Below, one piece after another: positions 35,106 through 47,153 of a DNA stretch of 64,000 bases. Each line of letters starts with the position of its first letter. Within the stretch, counting starts at the first letter, position 1. Where the stretch lies: assembly GCF_902713615.1 (NCBI RefSeq), contig NC_052164.1:9339088-9403087 (forward strand), in the 5' to 3' direction. Origin of the DNA: Scyliorhinus canicula (Eukaryota). Below the pieces are notes generated by a model that worked only from the letters and a program-made list of their open reading frames with translations, was not told the DNA's origin and did not search any database. The position numbers and the translations under genes were made by a program.

Positions 35106-38100
35106 TGGAGCCTAGATCAACCCCTGCTTATGCTTTGATTATATATTATAAATAAATTACAGTATGGATCCCAACAGTAATTTGACAAAAATATTAGGTT
35201 AAAAAAAATAATGTATTAAATTGTGGTTCCGATTACGTAACAGAGCCTTTTTTCCATTTCTCTGATTTAGTAGTATTTACTGGAATAAATACAGTCAAAA
35301 TTTTCTTTGACTTAACTATGTTGAAGAAGGAAAGGTAGTCCGCCTTCAAAGCTTTTTTCACTGTTCTACATTGTCCAAATCCCCTTTCTTTAAATAACCC
35401 TACCCCTTGCAGATCCTTAATTTGAAATTCTTGGCTCTGGATTACTGTACTTGATGATTGAGTTGGATATCCTCAGATTAAGCCTCACACCTATCCTAGT
35501 TAAACGGAAGCATTGTTTTTAGCTTGTAAATTGCTGTAATAACTCGTACTGGACCAAAATACAGGATCATTCTCTCAACAGGGGAGAGAGTTTGAATGCA
35601 GGTTGGCAAACATTCTGTTTCATCAGCTCTAAACCCAGAGAGTGATACAGACACACACACAGCACACAGAGAGGGACATGCACACAACACTGAGAGAGGG
35701 ACATGCACGCAACACCGAGAGAGACACACACACACAACACAGAGAGCGAGAGACACACACACACACACACACAAACACCAGAGAGACACAAATGAACAGG
35801 AAAACTGGAATTCCAGTGTTCCAAATTGTATCATTTATGACCTCATTCTTAATGTGTCAACCTAGCGAGTGAGCACGACAATATTATTTGACGGTGGGCG
35901 AGGTATCATAGCCATATAGTTCAATGAAACATGTCCACAATTCTTAAAGAACCAGCAATCTCAATATATTGCCTCCTGCAAATAGTGGAATTATTTGGCA
36001 CTTGCAATTTTTAGGGAAGTGAAGGAAACAGGTTGGAACTAAAAGTCTCTGTAACCATCCTTTCCCTCCAAAATGGCTGGGGACCAGCCAACAGACATCA
36101 GAAATTGAATCATTCCTGGAATTGAGGAACTGAATGAAATCCTACCTGCTGCCAATCTTCCCCCAATCCTTCACCTAACTGTACTATAATATCAGTCTTT
36201 TATAACAGCCCTCAGTTACATGCCAGAATAGTGAGACAGTGTAATACAGGTTGGCTGTACGGAGGTGAATTTTAATACTAGGAGGAGGTGGGGGGGGGGA
36301 GTGAAATTGGGAATTGATTTGAATTGAATAGGTTGGTAAGTGGGGGTGGGGGAGGAGCCCTCCCCATTTAAAAAAAATAAAAATGTTACACTCAATTGGT
36401 TTAAAATTTGCAATGACAAGATTGGTATTCCTGTAGAACCCAAGCTGGAGGAAATATATTTATCTTAGTCAATGTGTTTGCCAGGTTGCTGACCCTACCT
36501 TTGGCTGTTGCAACTCGTTGCAAAAACAACGCCGGACCTTCTCATTGGTGACACCTTCAAACTTGCTAATTTTCCTCCCATTTTGAAAATCGGATCTTGA
36601 AGCATTTTACACCATTAAAATTAAACTGTGAAAGAATGAAATTGGCAACAATATGCAACTTGAACAGAATTTTTAGTTTTCCAGGGATTAACGCATGTTG
36701 CTTTTCAGAGTCATTCCTGTGTTAACTTGCAATACGTGGGGCTTTGCTGAGACTGAATCCAGTTTGACTGAGCAACATTTTGTCATTCCTATCCAGTTAA
36801 GTGGTGCTGACAATGGAGACCTGCCTCCAAGCAATTCCCTCCACCACCTGGGTAATGAGTATCCAGTGGGAGCCAGTCTGGGATCTCTTTATACACCCAC
36901 ACACTCTCTGTGTATTGAGATACTTGGAAGAGGGCAGCACCCGCCTTGCTGTGCCCATGTAAATGCCCGTTTATGAATTTGGGTACCAGAAATGTACCAG
37001 CTCTCCTGAGCGGCATCGTCAAGTCATTAATTTTATCAGTTGGCTGTTTTGTCTGCTATTGTACTGATTAGTTGATCGATTCTGGTATTGAACATGATGG
37101 ATTGATGAAGTCCCTCAGAAGATTGGATTGCGTCACCCAGAGCCCTAACCGTTTTCTGCTGTTTTGCTACTCAGTAAACAGCTCAGTATACTTAGAAAGC
37201 ATTGTAAATCCCCCCCGATAGTGTTAAAGTGAAAGCTGGAGCATTTTGACTGTCTGTAGTGAAATAAATATGAAACTGAATAGAATATTGTATTGACTAA
37301 TGTTGGAACAGTCTTCAGTCAAGTGCAGGGTTTCAATCGAGTCTGTGCATCACAAATACAGAAATATTTTGAGTGGTTGGGTAATTTTAAGGTGGGGGAG
37401 GGGGGGGGAAAGAGTGTTCTCCTTGTGTTAAAAGCAAATTATTGCGGATGCTGGAATCTGAAACGAAAGGGAAAATGCTGGAAAATCTCAGCAAGTCTGG
37501 CAGCATCTGTAGGGAGAGAAAAGAGCTAACGTTTCGAGTCCGATGACTCTTTGTCAAAGAGTGTTCTCCTTGTGTTATCAGCACTAGAAACAGTAAAAGC
37601 AATGGAATCCTTGTGTGAAATGGCCCGGGCTTTACATGACTGGTTAACTGATATGCTGGTAATATTCAGGCTTTTAAGGTAGTGGACCACAGAAGATGTG
37701 TACATAAAGCACAAATGTGTAGACATTGGGTGCCAATATTGATGACTCTTTCAACATTCCATGGAATCAACACGTTAACTGCTTTGTCTTAACATGCTAT
37801 TTAATTTGAAACTCGCAGTTGTTATTGCTAATTAATTGGTCGGAAAATTGTGGTTTTTTTCAAGAAACATCGTGCCTATCACGTTCTGCTTAGAGCTTTT
37901 GCTGAAGGTGTTATTGAGTTACGCAAGTACCTGTGGGTGGGGGGTGGGGGGGGGGGGAAAGGAAGCATCTGAAGTTAGCTTTGGTTCGGAGTGGCTCATT
38001 GAAGATGAGGTACAAGTGCAGGGGGAGCTAACGTCTTTAAGCTGCAATTCCATTGAAACGCATTGTTTTGTTGAACTTGAGGGGGGGGGGATGGGGGAAA

Positions 38101-38560
38101 GAGGATAAAGTTATTTTCCCGTGAGTTACTCTGGGTCGTCCCCAGCAACGGCGTGTGTCTTCGCATCCCTCACACAGCAGCTTACAGCAAGTGTTGGGGG
38201 GGAGGGGGTGTTCCCCAGCGAAGGGAAATGTCCTCTATCCATCATAAATTGCCTGGGATGGGAATTTGCCATTGAATGGTGAAACCTTTTTGTACCACCG
38301 ACCACACAGCGTCCAGTATGTTTAAAAAGGTGTTGTTGCAAGAATTTGGCTAGTTTGGAGGTTGAGGGTCAGTGGAAATAAAAGGTGGTGTTAAAGATAT
38401 ATATAAGTAATTGCATAAAATACTGTGATTCAGATGAAGCATGTCTTGGCATTTCTGAATTCTTCATTACCATGCTTGCAATTTTTAGGAAAAAATGTAT
38501 TTTTGGCATGATTCTTGTATGACAGACTGTCAATAAACTAAATGATGGGAAATAATGTGG
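35106..38560 (+). other. LASP1: Probable LASP1 3'UTR with alternative polyadenylation signals
   Basis: Follows the stop codon and lacks the V-SINEs that fill the flanks. AATAAA at 35151, 37263 and 38532; the last is followed by GT/T-rich sequence. The end point is inferred. Confidence 0.6.
37431..37555 (-). mobile_element. Penelope-like terminal fragment in the putative 3'UTR
   Basis: 22-bp flanking direct repeat aaagagtgttctccttgtgtta; same family at ~29637-29730, 58545-58640, 41748-41812 and 42443-42760. Confidence 0.65.
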
Positions 38561-38649
38561 GACAATAGTGTGGACTTTATTTATTTAGAAATGTGTTTTA
38601 TTGTTGGAACTATTAACCTGTTACAATCTTAAATCTCCTTTTCCTCAGA

Positions 38650-38980
38650 AAGGAAGAATTTGCATTTGTATAGCGTTTTACATCATCTCAGGCCACCCCA
38701 AAATGCTTTATAACCAATGAAATACCTTCTTCAGAGTGTAGTTAGCCTTGTAATATGGGAATCGCAGCAGCCAATTTCTGCACAGCAAGCTCCAACAAAC
38801 AGCTATGAGATAATAACCAATTGAAGTTTTTGAACAATTAAATTAGTCATATCCCAATTAAGGTATTAAGTATTGGCCAGAACAGAGGGATGAATCGCCC
38901 TCTGTTCTTTGAAATAGGGCCAAGGGATCTTTTATGGTCACCTGAGAATGCACACGGTCTCTTGTTTTAACACATCATCA
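38650..38980 (-). mobile_element. Deu-domain SINE remnant
   Basis: aagaatttgcatttgtatagcg tail, gcacagcaagctcc and gggatctttta motifs. Confidence 0.6.
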
Positions 38981-40259
38981 GAATGACTGATACATGTTAG
39001 AATTGATTTAAATATAATTTTAGCCAGGATTATATAAAAGAGGATGGTGACATAGTGGTATTCACAATAGATTCACAACTCTTGACGGTGACCATGAAAC
39101 CATTGTCGGTTGTTGTAAAATCCTATTAGGTTCACTAATGTCCTTTTAGGGAAGGAAATCTGCCATTATTACCCAGTCTGGCCTACGTGTGATTCCAGAT
39201 CCACGACAATGAACACTGAAATGCCCCAGCAAGGGCAATTAGGGATGGGCAATAAATGCTGATCCAGCCAGTGACACCTGCATTAATTTTTTAAAAAAGG
39301 GTTTGGAGAATTTCGGTCGGCTAATTGTGAACTTGTGAAAAAGTCAATTTCTCACGTTATCTGCAAGGTGATCCCTATTGAAACGTCGGTTCGAGGGAAT
39401 GTATAGTTTTAGTTTGTTTTGGTGTGTGGAGACAAGTGAAACCCAAGTGAGAATAAACAGCCCAGTCGCGGTGTAACAATCATTTAAAACTGTTTATTAT
39501 AGTAAAGAAAAGACAAATACACACGAACAAGACTACTCTACTCACACAATTAAGATGTATGAATTCTAAACACACACGCAGTTTATATGGAACGCACCCC
39601 TGGTTACATAATGTATCTATGGTACCTGAACACTGTAAGACTTTCCCTGTTTCCCAAACAACATCCACATTGAATAACCAGCCATTGTTAGCAAATAATA
39701 CAGGGATGATACTCAAATCTGGGAACCATCCTTTTCCTGGTCCAGCGAAGATATTTTAAAACTGCTGTTACAAAGGTTTTCTGCACTACCTTGGCTCCAA
39801 GACTTAGAAGCTTGTTTTCTGTAAACTTGGCCTTCAGGCTGGAACCTGGCTGGTCCGCTTTCTGAGACTGCTGGATGGTAACTGCCTCTCTTGGCTTCTC
39901 TTGAGTCTGGGCAATTATACCTTTGTTGTACTTTGATTATGCGTTCTGAGTATTCGGCTGTTTGCCCCCATCAACTCCCTTGAATATATATTATCTCGTA
40001 GACCTTCCCAATTGTCTATAATCTGTTTCTCCTCCATAAGCTATGACACTTGATTATTACCTAAACTGCTGTTCTAAACTTGGCACCCGGAGCGACGCAT
40101 ACCAATTGAGGCCCTTTGAATACTGCCTACAGCTGTCTCCATGCAAACTCATGGCACTGAGTTCTCCAGCAGAGCCTAAACGGCTGAAGGTAAGGCTACC
40201 AAAGGTGGAGCAACGGAAGTGGTGGAGGCACGAGATTAGGGTCCAGTTTGGTCACATGT

Positions 40260-40810
40260 TCCTCCTACATCTCGAGGATGCCTTGCTTCCACTGCGGTTC
40301 GACAGGTTCTGAGATGGGCTATAATTCCAATGCGTGCTCTGCAGAATCTGCCACATGTGGGACAGGTGGGGGGCCGGGCAAATGGGCTGTTTGGAGGTTT
40401 GTGCATTCCTTCTGACTTTCCGACATCACCTCTGCACCCTCCCGTCAAAGTCTCTCGATGAGTTTGGTACCTTCCCGAATCAGCTTCCTTTATTTCGGTT
40501 GGCCAGAAGCCAGGGACTGCCCATGATCCGGCAGGAATGCTTTATTAAAAATAAGTTTTGATGACCCAATTATTTTATTTCCAAATTAAGGGGCAATTTA
40601 GCGTGGCCAATCCACCTACCCTGCACATCTTTGGTTGTGGGGGTGAGACCCACGCAGACACTGGGAGAACGTGCAAACCCCACACGGATAGTGACCCGGT
40701 GCTCGGAGGCAGCGGTGCAGGAATGTTTGACCTCTTCAGGGATGCTTTGAGGACATCCCTAAAGTGTTTCCTGTTGTCCTCTTGGGAGTTCTCCTGGAGT
40801 TCGAGGTGAC
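40260..40810 (-). mobile_element. RTE-clade LINE 3' fragment, interrupted by a partial type C SINE (~40550-40700)
   Basis: RKHFRDVLKASLKRSNI and the terminal C2H2-like CPTCGRFCRARIGIIAHLRTC are typical of the RTE ORF C-terminus. Confidence 0.75.
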
Positions 40811-41062
40811 ACACACATGCTAACAGAGATAATGGACAGATTTCCCAACTGAGATCCATTTTTCTTGTGACTGTTGACTTGAAGTCATTGTGTACTTCCC
40901 TCAATTAGCACTTGGTGTCTCCCTCTCTTCCGCAACCCCCACCCTTCTCCCTTTTTGACACTGTTGTAATCTGAAAACGGGAGACCATTGGAAGCAAGTC
41001 CATTTGCTGTCCTTCCCTCACCTCTTTCTCCCCCCCCCCCCCCCCCCCTCTATTTATTCACA

Positions 41063-41140
41063 ATGCTGGACGTGTTTCTGCTGATGCTTTTTGCCATTGT
41101 GAGTTTAGTGATCCTCTCCTACATCATCTACGTCCTGTGA
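41063..41140 (+). CDS. LASP1NB: 25-aa single-pass membrane micropeptide [25 protein letters not shown], probable ortholog of LASP1 neighbor protein (LINC00672)
   Basis: ATG with A at -3 (cacaATGc), TGA at 41138-41140, almost entirely hydrophobic. Same length as, and about 19/25 identical to, the human LASP1NB peptide as I recall it ([25 protein letters not shown]). Same strand and just downstream of LASP1, as in human. Confidence 0.85.
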   Translation: [25 protein letters not shown]

Positions 41141-41429
41141 GAGATGGAAGCAGCAGCAACTCGGGGCAGGGGGGGTCCTGACAAAGCTGGAAGGCGGAGG
41201 CTGGGAGGGGGGGGAGATGACCCCCACCGCGGATTTGCCAACAGGTTTGTGCAAAATATTTTTAATTTCTGCAGATCTTCGAAACGTCATTGCAAATAAA
41301 GATCCAGGAATTGGACATTTGCAAAACCTAAAGCCTGGTCGAATTGCAAACCGAACCTTTAAATGCAGAGGCGCGTCCTGTGATTTTTGACCCCCCCTCA
41401 ATGGGGTTTTATTGCCGCCACAACAACAC

Positions 41430-41700
41430 ATTATATAGCTCTTACTGGAAACAGTGACGTCACACACAGGCTTTCATTGTGTCCTGGGTTTGGAGACTAG
41501 CCCATTTAACCCGGAAATGTTGATGGACAGCTGGGAGAGCGAATTACAAAGCGGGTTCTGTCCAATGAGCAGAAGCGAGACCTTCCCTCCTGTGTCCAAT
41601 CTGCGAGATGTTCCAGCCCAGGGTCTGCCCCTGTGGTTTAAAGGTGCAGTAGGTACTATTGCCACCTCCCCCCCCACCCCCCAGCGTGGAGACCAATGGG
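41430..41700. promoter_or_regulatory. Candidate promoter/enhancer motif cluster
   Basis: Perfect CRE TGACGTCA (41455-41462), ETS-like CCGGAAAT (41511) and three CCAAT boxes (~41562, ~41596, ~41693) in unique sequence. Confidence 0.35.
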
Positions 41701-41857
41701 AATGTCTTGCTTTTGGACATGACTCTTGATTAATATTTTTAAAGACCTGGAAAATGTTGAATGAACTCAGCAAGTCTGGCAGCATCTGTGGAGAGAGAAA
41801 CCGAGTTAACGCTCGGGGTCCGCGAGGATTCTTGAGGTCGCAGTTCTGCGGAAGGTT

Positions 41858-42180
41858 GGGGGCCTCACGGTAGCATGGTGGTTAGCATCAATGCTTCACA
41901 GCTCCAGGGTCCCAGGTTCGATTCCCGGCTGGGTCACTGTCTGTGTGGAGTCTGCACGTCCTCCCCGTGTGTGCGTGGGTTTCCTCCGGGTGCTCCGGTT
42001 TCCTCCCACAGTCCAAAGATGTGCGGGTTAGGTGGATTGCCCGTAGTGTAAGGTTAATGGGGGGATTGTTGGGTTACGGGTATACGGGTTACGTGGGTTT
42101 AAGTAGGGTGATCATTGCTCGGCACAACATCGAGGGCCGAAGGGCCTGTTCTGTGCTGTACTGTTCTATGTTCTATGTTC
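41858..42180 (+). mobile_element. HE1/V-SINE type A variant
   Basis: Head, core and TTCTATG tail, with an internal deletion. Confidence 0.88.
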
Positions 42181-42462
42181 CTTTGGGCTCAAAACATTGG
42201 CCGGAGGTTACTCCCCATTCTCGCCTTTTCCAGTCGCGACAACGCAGATTCCCCCCCCCCCCCCCCCCTCCCCCCCCCCCCCCCCCCCCCCCCCCGTGAG
42301 TTTCCTGGCAACAAGGCGTGGGGAGAACGGGAAACCTTGTTGTCAGCGGTGGGATCAGGAGGTCCTGGCACCAGTCAATGGCAGGCTACCTGCATCACTG
42401 CGGAACACTCCGCAAGGGCTGGGAGGCAGAGAAAACCCCACTCGTTAACTCTGCCTCTCTCA

Positions 42463-42688
42463 AGGGCAGCACGGTGGCCTAGTGGTTAGCACAACCGCCT
42501 CACGGCGCTGAGGTCCCAGGTTCGATCCCGGCTCTGGGTCACTGTCCGTGTGGAGTTTGCACGTTCTCCCCGTGTCTGCGTGGGTTTCGCCCCCACAACC
42601 CAAAAATGTGCAAAGTAGGTGGATTGGCCACACTAAATTGCCCCTTAATTGGAAAAAATAATTGGCTAATCTAAATTTAAAAAAAAAA
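42463..42688 (+). mobile_element. V-SINE type C
   Basis: TSD aactctgcctctct. Confidence 0.9.
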
Positions 42689-43689
42689 AACTCTGCCTCT
42701 CTCTCCACAGATGCTGTCAGACCTGCTGAGTTTATCCAGCATTTTCTGTTCCTATTTCAGCTTGCTCCAGAATCTCCCCACTTTCAGTAATAATCTTCTT
42801 CCCCCAACCTTAAGCTGTCTTAGTGATTGAAACTGGGCGGCATGGGCAAGCTGGGCTGAAGGGCCTGTTTTCATGCTGTAAACAACTATGACTCTTATCA
42901 CTCTTGTCCTAGGAAGTCTCCAATGCATTTTTTCACACTCTCCTTCTCTCTCTTGTTCTCCATCCCTCGAGCTGCCTCTCTTTCTCTCACTCTATCTCTC
43001 CCTCCCTCTCTCTCTCCCTCCCTCTCTCTCTCCCTCCCAACCTCTCTCCCTCTTGCTCTCTCCCCCTCTCATGCTCTCTCAATGCACCTTTAGCTTTTAC
43101 ACAGATGTTGGCTCCCTCGCATTTTTCAGCTTGCAACTATTCTCACCATTCCTTTAAAACCACCAAGTTAATCACCCCCTCCTCCTTTACCCCACGCCGT
43201 CAGCTACTATACTCTCCCACTGTCAGAAAGTTCTGGGTTTAAGTCTCACTCCAGAGACTTAAGAAACCAAGTTTATGGTCACCTGTTCAATATCTGGCTC
43301 GGTGTCAAATTGTGTTTGATAATGCCCCTGTGAAGTGACCCAGGATGTTTACCAGCAGCACCAATGACCCGGGTTCAATTCCGTCCTCTGGTGACTGTGT
43401 GGAGTTTACGCATTCTCCCCGTGTCTGCGTGGGTTTCCTCCGGGTGCTCGAGTTTCCTCCCACAGTCCAAAGATGTGCAGGTTAGGTGGGGTTACGGGGA
43501 TTGGTCAGGGGAGTGAGTCTAGGTAGGATGCTCTTTTAGAGTGTACTTGATGGGCCGAATGGCCCATTGACATTCTATATGATGCATATAAGGTGCTCTA
43601 TGGTTTGCTTTTGGTGGTGGCTGCACAATTAAACAGGGTCTTAGTATCCCACCTGGGCACACTGATAAATGTTGACTGTAAATATTTTA

Positions 43690-44075
43690 TTTCTTTATTC
43701 ATTTATGGGATGCAGGCATCACTGAGAAATTTATTGGCCATCCCTAATTACTCTTGAACTGCACATCTCAGAGGGTAGTTGAGAGTCAACCACATAACTG
43801 TGGGTCTGGAGTCACATGTAGGCCAGACTGGGTAAGGACGGCAGATTTCTTTCCCTAAAGGACATTAAAAGAACCAGGTGAATAATCGATGATAATGTCA
43901 TGTTCACCGTTACTGAGACTAGTTTCTTAATTCCAGATTTTATTCATTGAATTTAAATTTCACCAACTGCTTTGGTGGGATTTGAACCCATGTCCCCAGA
44001 GCATTACCCTGGGCCTCTGGATTACTAATCCACTGACAATGTCAGTGTAAACTGTGTAAACTGCCACCATCTCCC
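43690..44075 (-). mobile_element. Older tRNA-headed SINE family (related copies ~30360-30560, 39050-39290, 48120-48455, 58925-59210)
   Basis: B box gggttcaaatcccacc on the minus strand; shared block gggtctggagtcacatgtaggccagac...gcagatttccttccc. Confidence 0.65.
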
Positions 44076-44300
44076 AGTACTAAATAAATACTGAAGGACC
44101 TCAAGTGCCCAAGGGATTGAACCTCGGCGTGAGCTATCCCAATGCAAGTTGTGGTGGCAGTTTTATCAGATGTGTTCTCAGTATTTTAATTTAAGATTAA
44201 AAGTTAATTGGCTATTTAGTAACTGAGAGCTATTTACCTTCTGGACAGATCTGATTGTTGAACTGCAAAGATTAATTTGCTTCCTGTTTACATTTAGGAC

Positions 44301-44526
44301 TTAAAAAAAATAAATTTTGTGAACCCAATTCATTTTTCCAATTAAGAGGCAATTTAGCGTGGCCAATCCACCTACCCTGCACATCTTTGGGTTGTGGGGG
44401 CAAAACCCAAACAAACACGGGGAGAATGTGCAAACTCCACACGACAGTGACCCAGAGCCGGGATCGAACCTGGGACCTCGGCGCCGTGAGGCATCAGTGC
44501 TAACCACTGCGCTACCGTGCTGCCCT
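44301..44526 (-). mobile_element. V-SINE type C
   Basis: TSD tacatttaggact. Confidence 0.9.
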
Positions 44527-44630
44527 ACATTTAGGACTCAGTGGCATGTTCCAGAAATGGTTGCAGATTCTAGACACAATTACCCTTGTGCCCTTTGTAA
44601 TTCGGTAAAACTGTTCTTGTCTTTCTGCAG

Positions 44631-45710
44631 CTGGGCTCTAGTACAGACGCGAGGCTCCCTGTTGGACTGTTAAGAACATCTTTCTGGGACTCGTCTCCGC
44701 AGTGGGATTGCGTGGAGTCCTTTGAGCGCCAGCAACTGCTGAGCACCACTTACTGTCAGGAAGATTAATGGGCACCCTGAGATTTCCACCAAACAAACAT
44801 TATTGGTCCCCGGTTTTCTAAAAGATCCTGAGATGAACTCTGGCTCCTGCGATAGACTGTGCCTTTGGGCGAGACGTTTCAACTATTGGAATGCGGAAAC
44901 ACCTGCCATCTCTCATCCACTGTGAATTCCGTCAGTGGATTAAAAAGTGATGTCCTCTTGGGCCGTTGTGGTTTCCAGATACTTCTCATTGCTGCCCCGG
45001 ATTGGGCCCGAACTGCTTCACCTGTTAATACATCTGTGTAGTGATGAGCTCAGTTCCTCCAGCACAGAGTGACAGATCGCACAAATGTTGTATGCAGTAG
45101 ACACGGTGCAGTGTCCTGACTATTAGTCAAAGGGAAGTTAAATTAAGATTCCACATGAGATACGCAGAGATTTTATTATACTTTATAATTACTTATCTAA
45201 CTGTTCAGAGTCAAGACTGTCGTGAGAACCAAACACTGCAGACACTGGAAATGCAAAATAAGGGCATAAAATGCCGAGGGCGAGGAACAGAATTAGCTTT
45301 TCATGTCGATGGCCTTTCTTCAGAACTGGAAGAAGTTAGAGATTTAACAGGTGGAGGGCAGGGATGATTAAGCGACTTAAGGGGATGACGGCGAAAGACA
45401 AAAGGGGCAAGAAATGGAATAAGTGAAGAGACAGAAAAAATGTCAGGCAGGAGATGTGCGACACATTTTATGTTGGTGAATTCACTCTGTATAATATTTC
45501 ACCCCCATCTCCCCGCAGGTATTTGAAGCTTACCCCTGACACTGAGAGGCGAGTATCTTATTCAGCACCAAACTGCTCTCCTTTGTTTGATTTTGGAATT
45601 CAGTAAATGTAAGTGTTTTTTTTTAGAACCTCACAGGTATTATTGTAAAGGATGCTCTGTTTTGTATTGGAACGGATTGAAAATAATAAACTCAAAACCC
45701 ACCAGAAATG
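44631..45710 (+). other. Candidate non-coding terminal exon of the micropeptide transcript
   Basis: Strong acceptor ctgttcttgtctttctgcag|C at 44630/44631, largely unique sequence, AATAAA at 45685. Candidate upstream donor CAG|gtttgt at 41244/41245. Confidence 0.35.
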
Positions 45711-45782
45711 AACCACCTTTCCCAGTGCACAGACCCTCATAGAATCATAGAATCCAAGAATTTACAGTGCAGAAGGAGGCCA

Positions 45783-46445
45783 ACATAGAACTGTACAGCA
45801 CAGTACAGGCCCTTCGGCCCACGATGTTGTGCCAAACTAGTCTGAAACTAAGATCAAATCAACCTACTCCCAATCATTCTAGTGCACTCCATATGCCTAT
45901 CCAATAACCGCTTGTTCCTAAAGTGTCTGACTCCACTACCATAGCTGGGAGTGCGTTCCACACCCCAACCACTCTCTGAGTAAAGAACCTACCTCTGACA
46001 TCCCTCCTGTATCTTCCACCATGAACCTTATAGTTATGCCCCCTTGTAACAGCCACATCCACCCGAGGAAAAAGTCGCTGAACGTCCACTCTATCCCTCT
46101 CATCATCTTATACACCTCAATTAAGTCACCTCTCATCCTCCTCCGCTCCAATGAGAAAAGCCCTAGCTCCCTCAACCTTTCCTCATAAGACCTACCCTCC
46201 AATCCAGGCAGCATCCTGGTAAATCTCCTTTGCACACTTTCCAATGCTTCCACATCCTTCCTATAATGAGGTGACCAGAACTGCACACAATACTCCAAAT
46301 GTGATCTAACCAAGGTCTTGTACAGTTGCAGCATAACCTCACGGCTCTTAAACTCAATCCGCCTGTTAATAAATGTGAACACACTATAGGCTTTCTTCAC
46401 GGCTCAATGCACTTGGGTGGCAACTTTCAGACATCTATGGGCATG
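45783..46445 (-). mobile_element. CR1/HER1 3' fragment inserted into a type B SINE (45738-45782 and 46447-46761)
   Basis: LQLYKTLVRSHLEYCVQFWSPHY...; SINE tail ggaggcca|ttcggc is split around the LINE. Confidence 0.9.
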
Positions 46446-47153
46446 AATTCGGCACATCGAGTCTGCACCGGCTATTGGAAAGAGCACCCTACTCAAGCCC
46501 ACACCTCCACCCTATCCCTGTAACCCAGTAACCCCACCTAACCTTTTTTTTTGGACACTTAAGGGGCAATTTAGCATGGCCAATCCGCCTAACCTGCATA
46601 TCTTTGGACTGTGGGAGGAAACCGGAGCACCCGGAGGAAACCCACGCAGACACGGGGAGAACGTGCAGACTCCACACAGACAGTGGCCCAAGCCGGGAAT
46701 CGAACCTGGGACCCTGGAGCTGTGAAGCAACAGTGCTAACCACTGTGCTACCGTGCTGCCCTGATGGTGATTGTCCAATTGAATAGGTTAACAGGAAAAT
46801 GTCTTAAAAAAAAGTTAAATAACTGACCTGTTATAGAAATCATACAGGAATATCTAAGGAATCGGCATATTTTTGCATTTGTTAACATATTAGAGCAATG
46901 GTTTTAAGAGAGTAAATAAGAAGAAACTGTGGGCAACATTTAATGCTGCCTCCGGTGGCGTGTTTGGAAACTGTAGGTAGGAGAGGGGGAGGGGGGAAGA
47001 TGGTGGATGGAGACCCCATTGCCATCCCATCTTTGCCCCCCCATTAAGTCCAGATAGGAAGACTAGAGGACATTAAATCCCGAGGTTTGCACTGTCAGGA
47101 TGCTCAGAGGGCATAGATTTAAGATAATTGGCAAGAAATCCAGAGGTGACATG

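Noticed and set aside
42250-42296. Poly-proline ORFs
   Set aside because: Result from a poly-C tract inside a repeat.
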